In this document: positions 16,835 through 24,923 of the stretch, one piece after another
Layout: every line of letters starts with the position of its first letter
Numbering within the stretch: position 1 is the stretch's first letter
DNA from: Alphaproteobacteria bacterium
GTDB lineage: Bacteria > Pseudomonadota > Alphaproteobacteria > Sphingomonadales > Sphingomonadaceae
Reading direction: 5' to 3'
Length of the DNA stretch: 32,000 bases
NCBI GenBank assembly: GCA_018823325.1
Contig: JAHJIJ010000017.1
Location: 3,696-35,695 of the forward strand
Notes under the pieces: model-generated
Database searches by the model: none
Seen by the model: only the letters and a program-made list of their open reading frames with translations
Told to the model about the DNA's origin: nothing
Translations under genes and position numbers: made by a program

Positions 16835-16987
16835 ATGACGCTCGGTCTCTCCCGCCTGCGGCTTTCTCCTGATGTGTTCTGGGGGCTGAGCTTGCCGGAG
16901 CTGGCGGCGATGGCGGGGGCTTTCGGTGAGCCTACCGGCCTGTCGCGGCGGGAGGTGGAGACCCTGATGCAGAAATTTCCAGATTGA
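16835..16987 (+). CDS. Small tail-assembly protein (rcc01693 / g10.1-like)
   Basis: 50 aa. 'L.LSP..FW.LSL.EL.AM' motif and conserved position before the tape measure gene. Confidence 0.65.
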   Translation: MTLGLSRLRLSPDVFWGLSLPELAAMAGAFGEPTGLSRREVETLMQKFPD

Positions 16988-16994
16988 GCGTCGG

Positions 16995-17091
16995 CGTGAC
17001 CGCCTCTCCCTTCGGGGAGGAGGTGTGTTGCAGATTGCACCCCCTCGCCCTTCGATGCCCTCACGGGGCGAGGGCGCCTCAGGGTGAGGGG
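16995..17091. repeat. GC-rich hairpin repeat block B4
   Basis: 'gtgaccgcctctcccttcggggagg' and 'ccctcgcccttcga..ggcgagggcgcctcagggtgagggg' modules as in B1/B2. Confidence 0.75.
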
Positions 17092-17160
17092 AAAGTGCTG
17101 CCAGGCATCACGGATGTCTCTTGCCTGGCCGTCAGACCCTCTCACGAAAAGGACGTTTCC

Positions 17161-17769
17161 ATGACTGATGACGACACACTGGCGGTCGCAGTCGACCTCG
17201 ATGCGGCGGCAGCGCTTTCCGTGCTCGACGATCTCGAAAGCCGGTCGGCGAGTTTTGGCCGGGCGCTGACCTCGGCGTTGAAGGGCGCGACGACGGGCGG
17301 CAAGGGGCTGGAGGAAGTGTTGCGCGGGGTCGGGCTGCGATTGACCGATATTGCGCTCGCTTCGGGTCTGAAGCCGCTCGAGACAATGCTTGGCAATGCA
17401 GCGGGGAACCTAATCGGCAGTCTCTCCGCCGGGCTCGGATCGTCGATTTCGGGCGGGGTCACGGCCTTTGCCCAAGGCGGCGCGCCGGGACGGGTCACCC
17501 CTTTTGCCGACGGCGGCGTCGTGGCGGCACCGACTTACTTTCCGATGGCCGGTGGGAGCGGGCTGATGGGCGAGGCCGGGGCGGAGGCGATTTTGCCACT
17601 GAAACGCGGTGCGGACGGCGCGCTCGGGGTGGCGTCCGAGGGCAGCGTTGCAACCACGGTCATCCATTTCCAGGTGACGGCGAGCGATGCGGCGAGTTTT
17701 GCCAGAAGTGAGGGGCAGATCACGGCGATGCTGGCGCGCTCCGTGGGGCGCGGACGGCGGGGGATGTGA
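17161..17769 (+). CDS. Short tail tape measure protein (RcGTA g11-like)
   Basis: 202 aa, Gly/Ala-rich. '..FA.GGV...PT.F.M..G.GLMGEAG.EAI.PL.RG.DG.LGV' C-terminal motif is typical of GTA tape measure proteins. Confidence 0.85.
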   Translation: MTDDDTLAVAVDLDAAAALSVLDDLESRSASFGRALTSALKGATTGGKGLEEVLRGVGLRLTDIALASGLKPLETMLGNAAGNLIGSLSAGLGSSISGGVTAFAQGGAPGRVTPFADGGVVAAPTYFPMAGGSGLMGEAGAEAILPLKRGADGALGVASEGSVATTVIHFQVTASDAASFARSEGQITAMLARSVGRGRRGM

Positions 17770-17869
17770 GTGGGGTAGCGAGTAGCGAGTGGCTTGCCCC
17801 TCATCCGGCCCTGCGGGCCACCTTTTCCTCGCAGGCGGGGAGAAGGAAAGGGCGGCCGGCGTCCGGCCT
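17770..17869. repeat. GC-rich repeat block B5 (includes a gtagcga tandem duplication)
   Basis: 'gcccctcatccggccctgcgggcc...cgcaggcggggagaagg' hairpin modules of the same general type. Confidence 0.55.
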
Positions 17870-17873
17870 GTGC

Positions 17874-18278
17874 TCAGGCAACGACCTCCAGATCCGTGGC
17901 GCGAAACTCGTCGGCGGTGGCAAGGATCGGGACGCCGTGGAATTTGGCGCAGGCATAATGCAGGCAGTCGCCGAGGTTCAGGCCGTGGCGACCCTGGCGG
18001 AAGCGATGGGCGGCCTCCGAGGAGAGCCGCACCGTCTCTGCGGCTGGCGGCAGATCGCGGATGTCGATGCCGCGGGCTTCGAGAAATTCCGTCACCAGGG
18101 CTTCGACTGCAGTCACTGGAAGGTCTAGCTTGTCCGGGCGGGCGAGACCGAGAACCGTTTCGAGGACCGCGACCGGGGAAGTGAACGGCCGGGTGGCGGA
18201 CGCGAGCGCATCGGACACGCGCTGTGCTTCCGGCTCGTCCGAGAGAAGGGCGATGATCGCGCAGGCGTCGACGAACAT
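17874..18278 (-). CDS. vapC: PIN-domain toxin VapC
   Basis: 'MFVDACAIIALL' (N-terminal Asp) and 'LNLGDCLHYACA' (C-terminal acidic residue). ATGA overlap with the upstream antitoxin. Confidence 0.85.
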   Translation of the reverse strand: MFVDACAIIALLSDEPEAQRVSDALASATRPFTSPVAVLETVLGLARPDKLDLPVTAVEALVTEFLEARGIDIRDLPPAAETVRLSSEAAHRFRQGRHGLNLGDCLHYACAKFHGVPILATADEFRATDLEVVA

Positions 18279-18523
18279 CAGTTGTCGTCCCACAGGTCGT
18301 TGAAGACCTCGCGGGGAAGGGGGCTCCGGGCCCGCTCCGCCAGCACGACCTGGTGTTTTGTCCTGAGGCGCGCGGCCGTTTCCAGCGCTGTTTCGGCGCG
18401 ATTGCGCCGTTCGATCGCCTCCTTCATGGCGATCACGATCGCATCGGTGATGCCGACGCCTGCCATCTGCGCAAACTGCCGCGTCAGCGCATCGGCTTCC
18501 GGATTGTTGACGTTGATGGCCAT
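18278..18523 (-). CDS. vapB: VapB-type antitoxin (Rv0623-like/PSK family)
   Basis: 'MAINVNNPEADALTRQFAQMAGVGITDAIVIAMKEAIERR' resembles the VapB/Rv0623-like N-terminus. SD ggag upstream. Coupled to vapC. Confidence 0.8.
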   Translation of the reverse strand: MAINVNNPEADALTRQFAQMAGVGITDAIVIAMKEAIERRNRAETALETAARLRTKHQVVLAERARSPLPREVFNDLWDDN

Positions 18524-18532
18524 GACGGCTCC

Positions 18533-18563
18533 ATGTAGATGTTTTCCGCTTTCAATGTAGATG
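18533..18563. promoter_or_regulatory. Direct repeats atgtagatg x2 (22 bp centre to centre) just upstream of vapB
   Basis: Read directly. Minus strand: ATCTACAT-N14-ATCTACAT-ggagccgtc-ATG. Candidate VapBC autoregulatory operator. Confidence 0.45.
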
Positions 18564-18726
18564 GTCGTGGCCGGTTTTCCAAGGGGCGCCAGGCGCGCAG
18601 CCGTCCGGACTATCCGCGTGCGCTGCCGCCAAAGACAGATGTCGTCAGCCCTACAGATCACCGTTCAGGCGCCCGTCTGACATTTCTCTTTTCTTTTTCT
18701 TGCAGTTTTATCGAACGGAGCCCGTC

Positions 18727-19359
18727 ATGGCCTTTCACGAACAGCGTTTTCCGCTCCGTCTGTCGCTGTCCACGAGCGGCGGGCCGGGGCGGCAGACGGA
18801 TATCATTTCGCTTTCCAATGGTCGCGAGGCGCGCAATCGGCGCTGGCGGTTTTCCAGGCGCCGCTATGATGTCGGCACCGCAGTGCGCTCGGTCGCGGAT
18901 CTCTATGCCGTGCTGGAGTTCTTCGAGGCGCGGGGCGGGCAGCTGCACGGATTTCGCCTTCGCGACCCCGTCGATGGCTCGTCGGCCCGGCCTGGCGAGG
19001 CAGTGACGCCGCTCGATCAGTTGATTGGTACGGGAAACGGCGAGACTGCGGTGTTTCAGCTGGTGAAGGCCTATGGCGATGGCGCGGCGGTCGAGCGGCG
19101 TCCGGTGGTGAAGCCGGTGGCGGGATCGGTTCGGATTGCGCTTGACGGGGTGGAGCAGGCGGGCGGCTTTTCGGTCGATGCGGCGACGGGGACCGTCACC
19201 TTTGAACCCGGTTATGTGCCGGAGGAGGGCACCGAGATCCGGGCAGGCTTCGACTATGACGTGCCCGTTCGTTTCGACACCGACCGGATCGAGATCGATC
19301 TCGAAGCTTTCCGGGCCGGGCGCATTCCCTCCATTCCGCTGATCGAGGTGATCCCATGA
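18727..19359 (+). CDS. DUF2460 distal tail protein (RcGTA g12-like)
   Basis: 'FHEQRFP..LS.....GP.R.TDI..L.NG.E.RN..W..SRRRYD' N-terminus is characteristic of this family. Confidence 0.88.
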   Translation: MAFHEQRFPLRLSLSTSGGPGRQTDIISLSNGREARNRRWRFSRRRYDVGTAVRSVADLYAVLEFFEARGGQLHGFRLRDPVDGSSARPGEAVTPLDQLIGTGNGETAVFQLVKAYGDGAAVERRPVVKPVAGSVRIALDGVEQAGGFSVDAATGTVTFEPGYVPEEGTEIRAGFDYDVPVRFDTDRIEIDLEAFRAGRIPSIPLIEVIP

Positions 19360-20252
19360 AAAGGCTTCCTGCAGCGCTTGCCGCCCATGTCGCGACCGGC
19401 GAGACGACGCTGTGCCGCGCCTGGCGCGTCACCTGCCGGGACGGTTTTCGGCTCGGGTTCACCGAACATGACCAGCGGCTCGACTTCGCCGGCACGGTGT
19501 TCGAGCCGGGTACCGGCTTCTCAGCGACCGAGGCCAGTAGTGCAAGCGGTCTTGCAGCGCCCGGGGCCGAGGTGCGCGGTGGATTTTCGAGCGAGGCGAT
19601 TACCGAAGCCGATCTCGCAGCCGGGCGCTTTGACGGGGCGCGGGTCGAGTGTTTTTTGATCAACTGGCAGGCGCCGGAAGAGCAGCACGCGCTTGTTACG
19701 GTGCAGGAAATCGGCGAGGTGAGCCGCGCGGGGCCGGGGTTTTCGGCGGAGCTCCGCAGCTTTGCCCATCGCCTGCAGCAGTCGGAGGGGCGGATCTACA
19801 ACCGCCGCTGCGATGCGGATCTCGGCGATGACAGGTGCCGGGTGAACATGGACGTTGCGAACCGCCGGGTTATGGGCGTCGTTGCGGCAGTGTTGGCGGG
19901 GGACCGGCTGACGGTCTCTGGCCTGCCGGGTCTGGGCGAGGGGCATTTCCGGCTCGGGCATGTGAGGTTCGACGACGGGCCTCTGGCCGGCAAGCGGCTG
20001 GCCATCGAGGAGAGCAGTGCTGTGGTGGGTGGGCTGATGACGCTGAGGCTGTGGTTGCCGCTGGAGGCGCGGCCGGCCGAAGGGAATGCCGTGACGCTGA
20101 CGGTCGGCTGTGACAAGAGTTTTGCCACCTGTCGAGCAGTCTTCGGCAACCCGCTGAATTTTCGTGGCTTTCCGCACATGCCGGGCAGCGACTTTGCCTA
20201 TTCCTATGTCAGTGGCGATAGCACCCATGATGGCGGGGTGTTGTATCGGTGA
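19356..20252 (+). CDS. DUF2163 / BR0599-type tail hub protein (RcGTA g13-like)
   Basis: 'L..HVA.G.TTLCRAWRVT.RDG...GFT.HD..L.F.G..FEP'. C-terminal 'CDK.F.TC...F.N..NF.GFPH.PG.D'. ATGA coupling with g12. Confidence 0.88.
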   Translation: MKRLPAALAAHVATGETTLCRAWRVTCRDGFRLGFTEHDQRLDFAGTVFEPGTGFSATEASSASGLAAPGAEVRGGFSSEAITEADLAAGRFDGARVECFLINWQAPEEQHALVTVQEIGEVSRAGPGFSAELRSFAHRLQQSEGRIYNRRCDADLGDDRCRVNMDVANRRVMGVVAAVLAGDRLTVSGLPGLGEGHFRLGHVRFDDGPLAGKRLAIEESSAVVGGLMTLRLWLPLEARPAEGNAVTLTVGCDKSFATCRAVFGNPLNFRGFPHMPGSDFAYSYVSGDSTHDGGVLYR

Positions 20253-20261
20253 GGCTCGCTC

Positions 20262-20352
20262 TACCCTCCCCTTGAGGGGGAGGGCGGACAGGAGGTCCGG
20301 GGTGGGGTGAGCCTGGCTTGCTTCTCTTCGGTTCACCCCCACCCGCCGCTTC
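20262..20352. repeat. GC-rich hairpin repeat block B6
   Basis: Aligns with B3 ('accctccccttgagggggagggcggac..ggtccggggtggggtga', 'cacccccacccgccgc'). Confidence 0.75.
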
Positions 20353-20383
20353 CCGGTCATTACCTTCCCTCCGGAGCTTCCCC

Positions 20384-20899
20384 ATGTCCGTCAACACATC
20401 CGTCCTGGCGATTGCCGGGACCTGGATCGGCACGCCCTATCGGCATCAGGGATCGGTGAAGGGGGTGGGCTGCGACTGCCTGGGGCTTGTTCGCGGGATC
20501 TGGCGGGAACTCTATGGCAAAGAGCCCGAGGCCGTGCCGGCCTATGCGCCTGATTGGGCGGAGCGGGCGGGCGAGGAGCGGTTGATCGCGGCGGCCGGGC
20601 GGCATTTTCTGGCCGTGGCTTCCTTGGCGGAGAGCCGGCCGGGCGATCTCGTGCTGTTTCGCTTTCGGCCGCATCTGGCGGCGAAACATGCGGGCATTCT
20701 GGCCTGCATGGCTTGGGAAGGGGGCGGCTTTGACATGGACGCCGACGGGGCGCGGTTTCCGGCGGAATACGCTCCTAGTCAGCCGCCGCCCGACGCCTTC
20801 ATCCATGCCTATGAACAATCGGCGGTGACGTTGTCGGCGCTCGTGCCGGCCTGGCGGCGCAGGATTGCCGGCATCTACCGCTTCCCCGAAAGGATCTGA
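20384..20899 (+). CDS. NlpC/P60 cell-wall peptidase (RcGTA g14-like)
   Basis: 'WIGTPYRHQGSVKGVGCDCLGLVRGIWRELYG' (catalytic Cys) and 'AKHAGI...FIHAY' (His). Confidence 0.88.
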   Translation: MSVNTSVLAIAGTWIGTPYRHQGSVKGVGCDCLGLVRGIWRELYGKEPEAVPAYAPDWAERAGEERLIAAAGRHFLAVASLAESRPGDLVLFRFRPHLAAKHAGILACMAWEGGGFDMDADGARFPAEYAPSQPPPDAFIHAYEQSAVTLSALVPAWRRRIAGIYRFPERI

Positions 20900-20901
20900 A
20901 G

Positions 20902-23900
20902 ATGGCGACCATTCTTCTGCAGGCGGCGGGTGCTGCCCTCGGCTCCGTCTTCGGTCCGGTCGGAGCGGCGATCGGCCAGGCGGCCGGGGCGCTTGCCGGC
21001 AGCATGATCGATCGGAGCCTGCTGTCGGGCACCCGCGAAGTGAACGGTGCACGGCTGTCATCGGCGCGCATTTCAGGCGCCAGCGAAGGCACAGTCATTC
21101 CGCGGCTTTATGGCACCGCGCGGCTCGGCGGCACGCTGATCTGGGCGACGCGTTTCGAGGAAGAGACTGTGACCGAGCGTAGCGGCGGAAAATCCTCCGG
21201 CGGCACGCGCACCACGACCTATCGCTACTATGCCAATCTGGCTTTTGGGCTCTGCGAGGGGCCGATTGCGGGCGTGCGGCGGGTTTGGGCGGACGGGCGC
21301 GAGCTGGACACGACCGAAATCGAGATGCGCGTCTATCGCGGAACGGAAAGCCAGCCGGCCGATCCGCTGATTGCAGCCAAGCAAGGGGCGGCCAATGCGC
21401 CGGCCTATCGGGGGCTTGCCTATGTCGTCTTCGAGCGACTGCCGCTCGATGATTTCGGCAACCGCATTCCGCTGATCCAGTTTGAGGTGATCCGACCGGT
21501 CGGCGCGCTGGAGGAGAAGATCCGGGCGGTGACGATGATTCCCGGCGCGACCGAACACGGTTATGCGACGGTGAGGATCTCGGATGCGCCGAGCGAGGGC
21601 GCGAAACGCTGGCTGAACCGCACCACGCTTGTTGCGGCGACGGATTGGCAGGCCTCGCTGGACGAATTGCAGGCGCTTTGCCCTGATCTCGAAAGCGTGG
21701 CCCTGGTGGTGGCCTGGTTCGGCACGGATTTGAGGGCCGGCGACTGCCGGGTACTGCCGGGGGTGGAGGTCGGCTACCGCAACGAGGAGAGCCGGCCCTG
21801 GAGTGTCGCGGGGCTGGCGCGGGGCGATGCCTATGTGGTGTCGCGCCACAGCGGTGGTCCGGCCTATGGCGGCTCGCCGAGCGACGAGAGCGTCATCGAG
21901 GCGATCAGGGACATCAAGGCGCGCGGGCTGAAGGTGACGCTCTATCCCTTCGTGCTGATGGATATTCCCGCCGGCAACGGCCTGCCCGACCCCTATGGCG
22001 GCGCCGAGCAGGCGGCCTATCCCTGGCGCGGGCGGATCACGGCCTATCCTCCCGGAAGCGACAAGACGGCCTCGGCGCGGGCGCAGGTCTCCAGCTTCGT
22101 CTATCGCGGTGACGGCTATCGACGTCTCGTGCTGCATTATGCGGCGCTCGCCGCCGCTGTCGGCGGGGTCGACGCCTTTCTGCTGGGCTCGGAACTGCGC
22201 GGGCTGACCGCCCTGCGCGACGATGCCAACGCCTTTCCTTTCGTTGAGGCGCTGGTGGCGCTCGCCGGTGAAGTGCGCGGTCTGCTCGGCGGCGGGACGG
22301 CAATTTCCTATGGCGCCGACTGGACCGAGTATTTCGGCCATCAGCCGTCGGATGGCTCGGGCGATGTCTTCTTTCACCTCGATCCGCTCTGGGCGAGCCC
22401 TCACATCACGGCTATCGGGATCGACAACTATATGCCGCTCGCCGACTGGCGTGACGAGGATCTCGAGGCGGAGAGCCCCGATGGCTTCACCGGTGCCGAC
22501 GATGCCGAAGGTTTTGCCCGGACGCTGACATCGGGCGAGGGCTTCGACTGGTTTTATGCCAGCGAGGCAGACCGCAGGGCACGGGTGAGGACGCCGATCA
22601 CCGATGGCGCCTATGGCAAGCCCTGGGTCTTCAGGTTCAAGGACCTGAAATCCTGGTGGGAGAACCCCCATTTCAACCGGATCGGCGGCGTCGAGCAGGT
22701 GAGCCCGACGGCCTGGGTACCTGGCATGAAACCCTTCTGGATGACCGAAGTCGGTTGCGGAGCGGTCGACAAGGGAGCGAACCAGCCGAACATCTTCGTC
22801 GATGCCAAATCGGCCGAGAGCGGAAGGCCTCACTTCTCGGCGGGTGCGCGCAGCGACAGCCAACAGCGCCGGTTTCTGGAGGCCCATCTCGACCACTGGG
22901 CTGGCAGTCTCCTGCCGCCTGATATGGTCGATCCTTCGCATGTCTATGCCTGGACCTGGGATGCGCGGCCCTATCCGGCGTTTCCGCAGAACATGGCGCT
23001 CTGGGCAGATGGATCGAACTGGCGGACAGGGCATTGGTTGAACGGCCGCCTGGGTACGGCGACACTGGCCGACACGATTGCGGCGATCCTCAGGGATCAT
23101 GGCTTTGTCGATTTCGACGTGTCGGAAGTGGCAGGCGATCTCGGCGGCTATGTAAAAGGGGATCTGACCTCTGCGCGCGACCTGATCGAGCCCTTGCTCG
23201 ACCTCTTTCAGATCGACGTGATCGAGGACGCCGGAAGGTTGAAATTCCGCACCCGGCCGACGGCGAGCCTGGCTGCCCGCGAGATCACGGTCCTCGCCGA
23301 CATTGCCGATCGCCCCCTCTGGAGCGAGACGCGCGGCCATGACAGTGATTTCGCCTCCGAGGCGCTGGTGACCTTTTACGATCCGGCGGCGGATTATGTC
23401 GAGGCGAGCGTGCGCTCGCGCAAGGTGGAGGCGGCGACCGATCGGCAACTGGCCCGCGACCTGCCGGCGGCGATGCCGGAAGAGACTGCACTTGCGGCCG
23501 CCGAAGGCTGGCTGCGTGACAACCGGCTGGCGCGGCGCACGGTTCAGCTGGCGCTCGGGCCGCAGGAGATTGCGGTCGAACCGGGTGACGTGCTGCGCTT
23601 CCCCGATGGACCGGACGGGCGTTTTCTGGTGCAGGGCATCGAGGAGGGCTTCGAGCGTCGCCTGACGCTGAGGGCCTTTGCGGGCAAGGTCTCCGCACCC
23701 GTGCCGGTGGTTGAACCCGGACGGGTGGTCGACGGTGGCGGGGCGGCCGGCTTTGCGCCGGTCGTGCAGTTTCTCGATCTGCCGAGGCTGGAGAGTGCAA
23801 GCCATGCCGGTAACGCAAGCGTTGCGGCATATGGCCGACCCTGGCGGCGGCTTGCGGTATCGAGCTCTCCGGAAGCGGAGGGCTATCGGCTCAGGCTGAC

Positions 23901-24681
23901 GCTGGATCGGCCAGCGACCCTGGGACGGCTTCTGGAGCCGCTTGCCCCCGGACCTGTCGGGCGCTTCGATGGGGCGAATGCCCTTGTAGTCGAGGTGCTC
24001 GCCGGGGCCTTTGCATCCGCGAGCCGCATGGCTGTTCTCTCCGGTGCAAACCGGCTCGCGGTCCGGGCCAATACCGGCGGCTGGGAGGTCATCGGCTTTG
24101 TCGAAGCTGAGGAGATTGCGGTCGGACGCTTCCGGCTGACGGGCCTTTTGCGCGGGCTGGGAGGCACGGAGGACGCAGTCGTGGCTGGTGCCGCAGCCGG
24201 GGCCGAGGTCGTGGCTCTCGACGAAGCGGTCCGGCCGCTGGGGCTCGGGAATGCCGAACGCGGGGCCGCACAAAACTGGATCCTCGAGCCGATGGGGCTC
24301 GTGACCGAGATTTCGGGCCCGCATGTCTTTGCCGGCGGATTGCGGGCGGAGACGCCGCTTTCGCCGGTGCATGCGAAGGTGCAGCGGCGGGCCGCGGGCG
24401 ATCTCGCGATCACCTGGATCCGGCGCAGCCGCATCGAGGCCGATGCCTGGACAGACGGGGAGGTGCCGCTCGACGAGGCGGAGGAGCGCTACCGGCTGGA
24501 GATCCTTGATGGCGGCACCGTGCTTCGTGTGGCCGAGGTGACCGAGCCCGCCTGGACCTATGCCGCCGCCGATGAACTGGCAGATTTCGGCGCGCCGCAG
24601 ACGGCGCTTAGCCTCCGCATCCGCCAACTCGGACGGCTGGCCGCCGGCCTGCCGCTGGAGGCGGTGGTTCCCGTCGATTGA
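20902..24681 (+). CDS. GTA host-specificity / baseplate 'megatron' protein (RcGTA g15-like)
   Basis: 1259 aa. N-terminal Gly/Ala-rich TM-like segment. 'IPLIQFEV' and 'YPWRGRIT' blocks recalled from GTA TIM-barrel/phage-tail_3 family proteins. Terminal position in the cluster. Confidence 0.9.
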   Translation: MATILLQAAGAALGSVFGPVGAAIGQAAGALAGSMIDRSLLSGTREVNGARLSSARISGASEGTVIPRLYGTARLGGTLIWATRFEEETVTERSGGKSSGGTRTTTYRYYANLAFGLCEGPIAGVRRVWADGRELDTTEIEMRVYRGTESQPADPLIAAKQGAANAPAYRGLAYVVFERLPLDDFGNRIPLIQFEVIRPVGALEEKIRAVTMIPGATEHGYATVRISDAPSEGAKRWLNRTTLVAATDWQASLDELQALCPDLESVALVVAWFGTDLRAGDCRVLPGVEVGYRNEESRPWSVAGLARGDAYVVSRHSGGPAYGGSPSDESVIEAIRDIKARGLKVTLYPFVLMDIPAGNGLPDPYGGAEQAAYPWRGRITAYPPGSDKTASARAQVSSFVYRGDGYRRLVLHYAALAAAVGGVDAFLLGSELRGLTALRDDANAFPFVEALVALAGEVRGLLGGGTAISYGADWTEYFGHQPSDGSGDVFFHLDPLWASPHITAIGIDNYMPLADWRDEDLEAESPDGFTGADDAEGFARTLTSGEGFDWFYASEADRRARVRTPITDGAYGKPWVFRFKDLKSWWENPHFNRIGGVEQVSPTAWVPGMKPFWMTEVGCGAVDKGANQPNIFVDAKSAESGRPHFSAGARSDSQQRRFLEAHLDHWAGSLLPPDMVDPSHVYAWTWDARPYPAFPQNMALWADGSNWRTGHWLNGRLGTATLADTIAAILRDHGFVDFDVSEVAGDLGGYVKGDLTSARDLIEPLLDLFQIDVIEDAGRLKFRTRPTASLAAREITVLADIADRPLWSETRGHDSDFASEALVTFYDPAADYVEASVRSRKVEAATDRQLARDLPAAMPEETALAAAEGWLRDNRLARRTVQLALGPQEIAVEPGDVLRFPDGPDGRFLVQGIEEGFERRLTLRAFAGKVSAPVPVVEPGRVVDGGGAAGFAPVVQFLDLPRLESASHAGNASVAAYGRPWRRLAVSSSPEAEGYRLRLTLDRPATLGRLLEPLAPGPVGRFDGANALVVEVLAGAFASASRMAVLSGANRLAVRANTGGWEVIGFVEAEEIAVGRFRLTGLLRGLGGTEDAVVAGAAAGAEVVALDEAVRPLGLGNAERGAAQNWILEPMGLVTEISGPHVFAGGLRAETPLSPVHAKVQRRAAGDLAITWIRRSRIEADAWTDGEVPLDEAEERYRLEILDGGTVLRVAEVTEPAWTYAAADELADFGAPQTALSLRIRQLGRLAAGLPLEAVVPVD

Positions 24682-24704
24682 AAACCATTCAACAGGAGGA
24701 TGAC

Positions 24705-24914
24705 ATGCTGGAGATGAAACCCTGGTACCAGTCGAAGACCGTCTGGGGCGCCCTGATTGCGATCGCTGCCCCGCTTCTCGGCAGGGCCGGACTGGAGCTC
24801 GGCGGCGCCGAGCAGGCGGAAATCGCCGACGCACTGACGACGCTTGCCGGCACGGTCGGAGGGTTGCTGGCGCTTTATGGCAGACTGACGGCGACGAAGG
24901 GCGTGGGTGGGTGA
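24705..24914 (+). CDS. Small membrane protein, holin-like
   Basis: 69 aa. Strong SD aggagg 5 nt upstream. 'KPWYQSKTVWGALIAIAAPLLG' TM1 and 'LTTLAGTVGGLLALYG' TM2. Confidence 0.5.
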   Translation: MLEMKPWYQSKTVWGALIAIAAPLLGRAGLELGGAEQAEIADALTTLAGTVGGLLALYGRLTATKGVGG

Positions 24915-24923
24915 GGGCGGGCC

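Noticed and set aside
16700-16840. Programmed -1 frameshift joining the g10-like and g10.1-like chaperone ORFs. The frames are offset by -1, and the g10.1 frame stays open far upstream.
   Set aside because: I found no canonical X XXY YYZ slippery heptamer near the g10 stop. g10.1 has its own ATG at 16835, and long open alternative frames are expected at this GC content. It would need ribosome profiling or mass spectrometry to revive.
8497-20352. Possibility that the recurring GC-rich repeats form a CRISPR array.
   Set aside because: The repeats are heterogeneous mosaic modules, irregularly spaced and separated by whole genes. There is no constant repeat-spacer periodicity and there are no cas genes.
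21073-24834. 1253-aa ORF on the minus strand, antisense to the megatron gene. Similar long antisense ORFs occur at 6046-7236, 144-992, 4343-5341, 9558-10562 and 30294-31679.
   Set aside because: The translations are Arg/Pro/Ala-rich and low complexity with no motifs. They fully overlap well-supported sense genes. This is typical of open antisense frames in high-GC DNA.
110-24914. Interpretation as an intact prophage.
   Set aside because: There is no integrase, repressor, replication or recognisable att/tRNA boundary. The ~200-aa tape measure and the g12-g15 module are the GTA hallmark rather than those of a functional siphophage.
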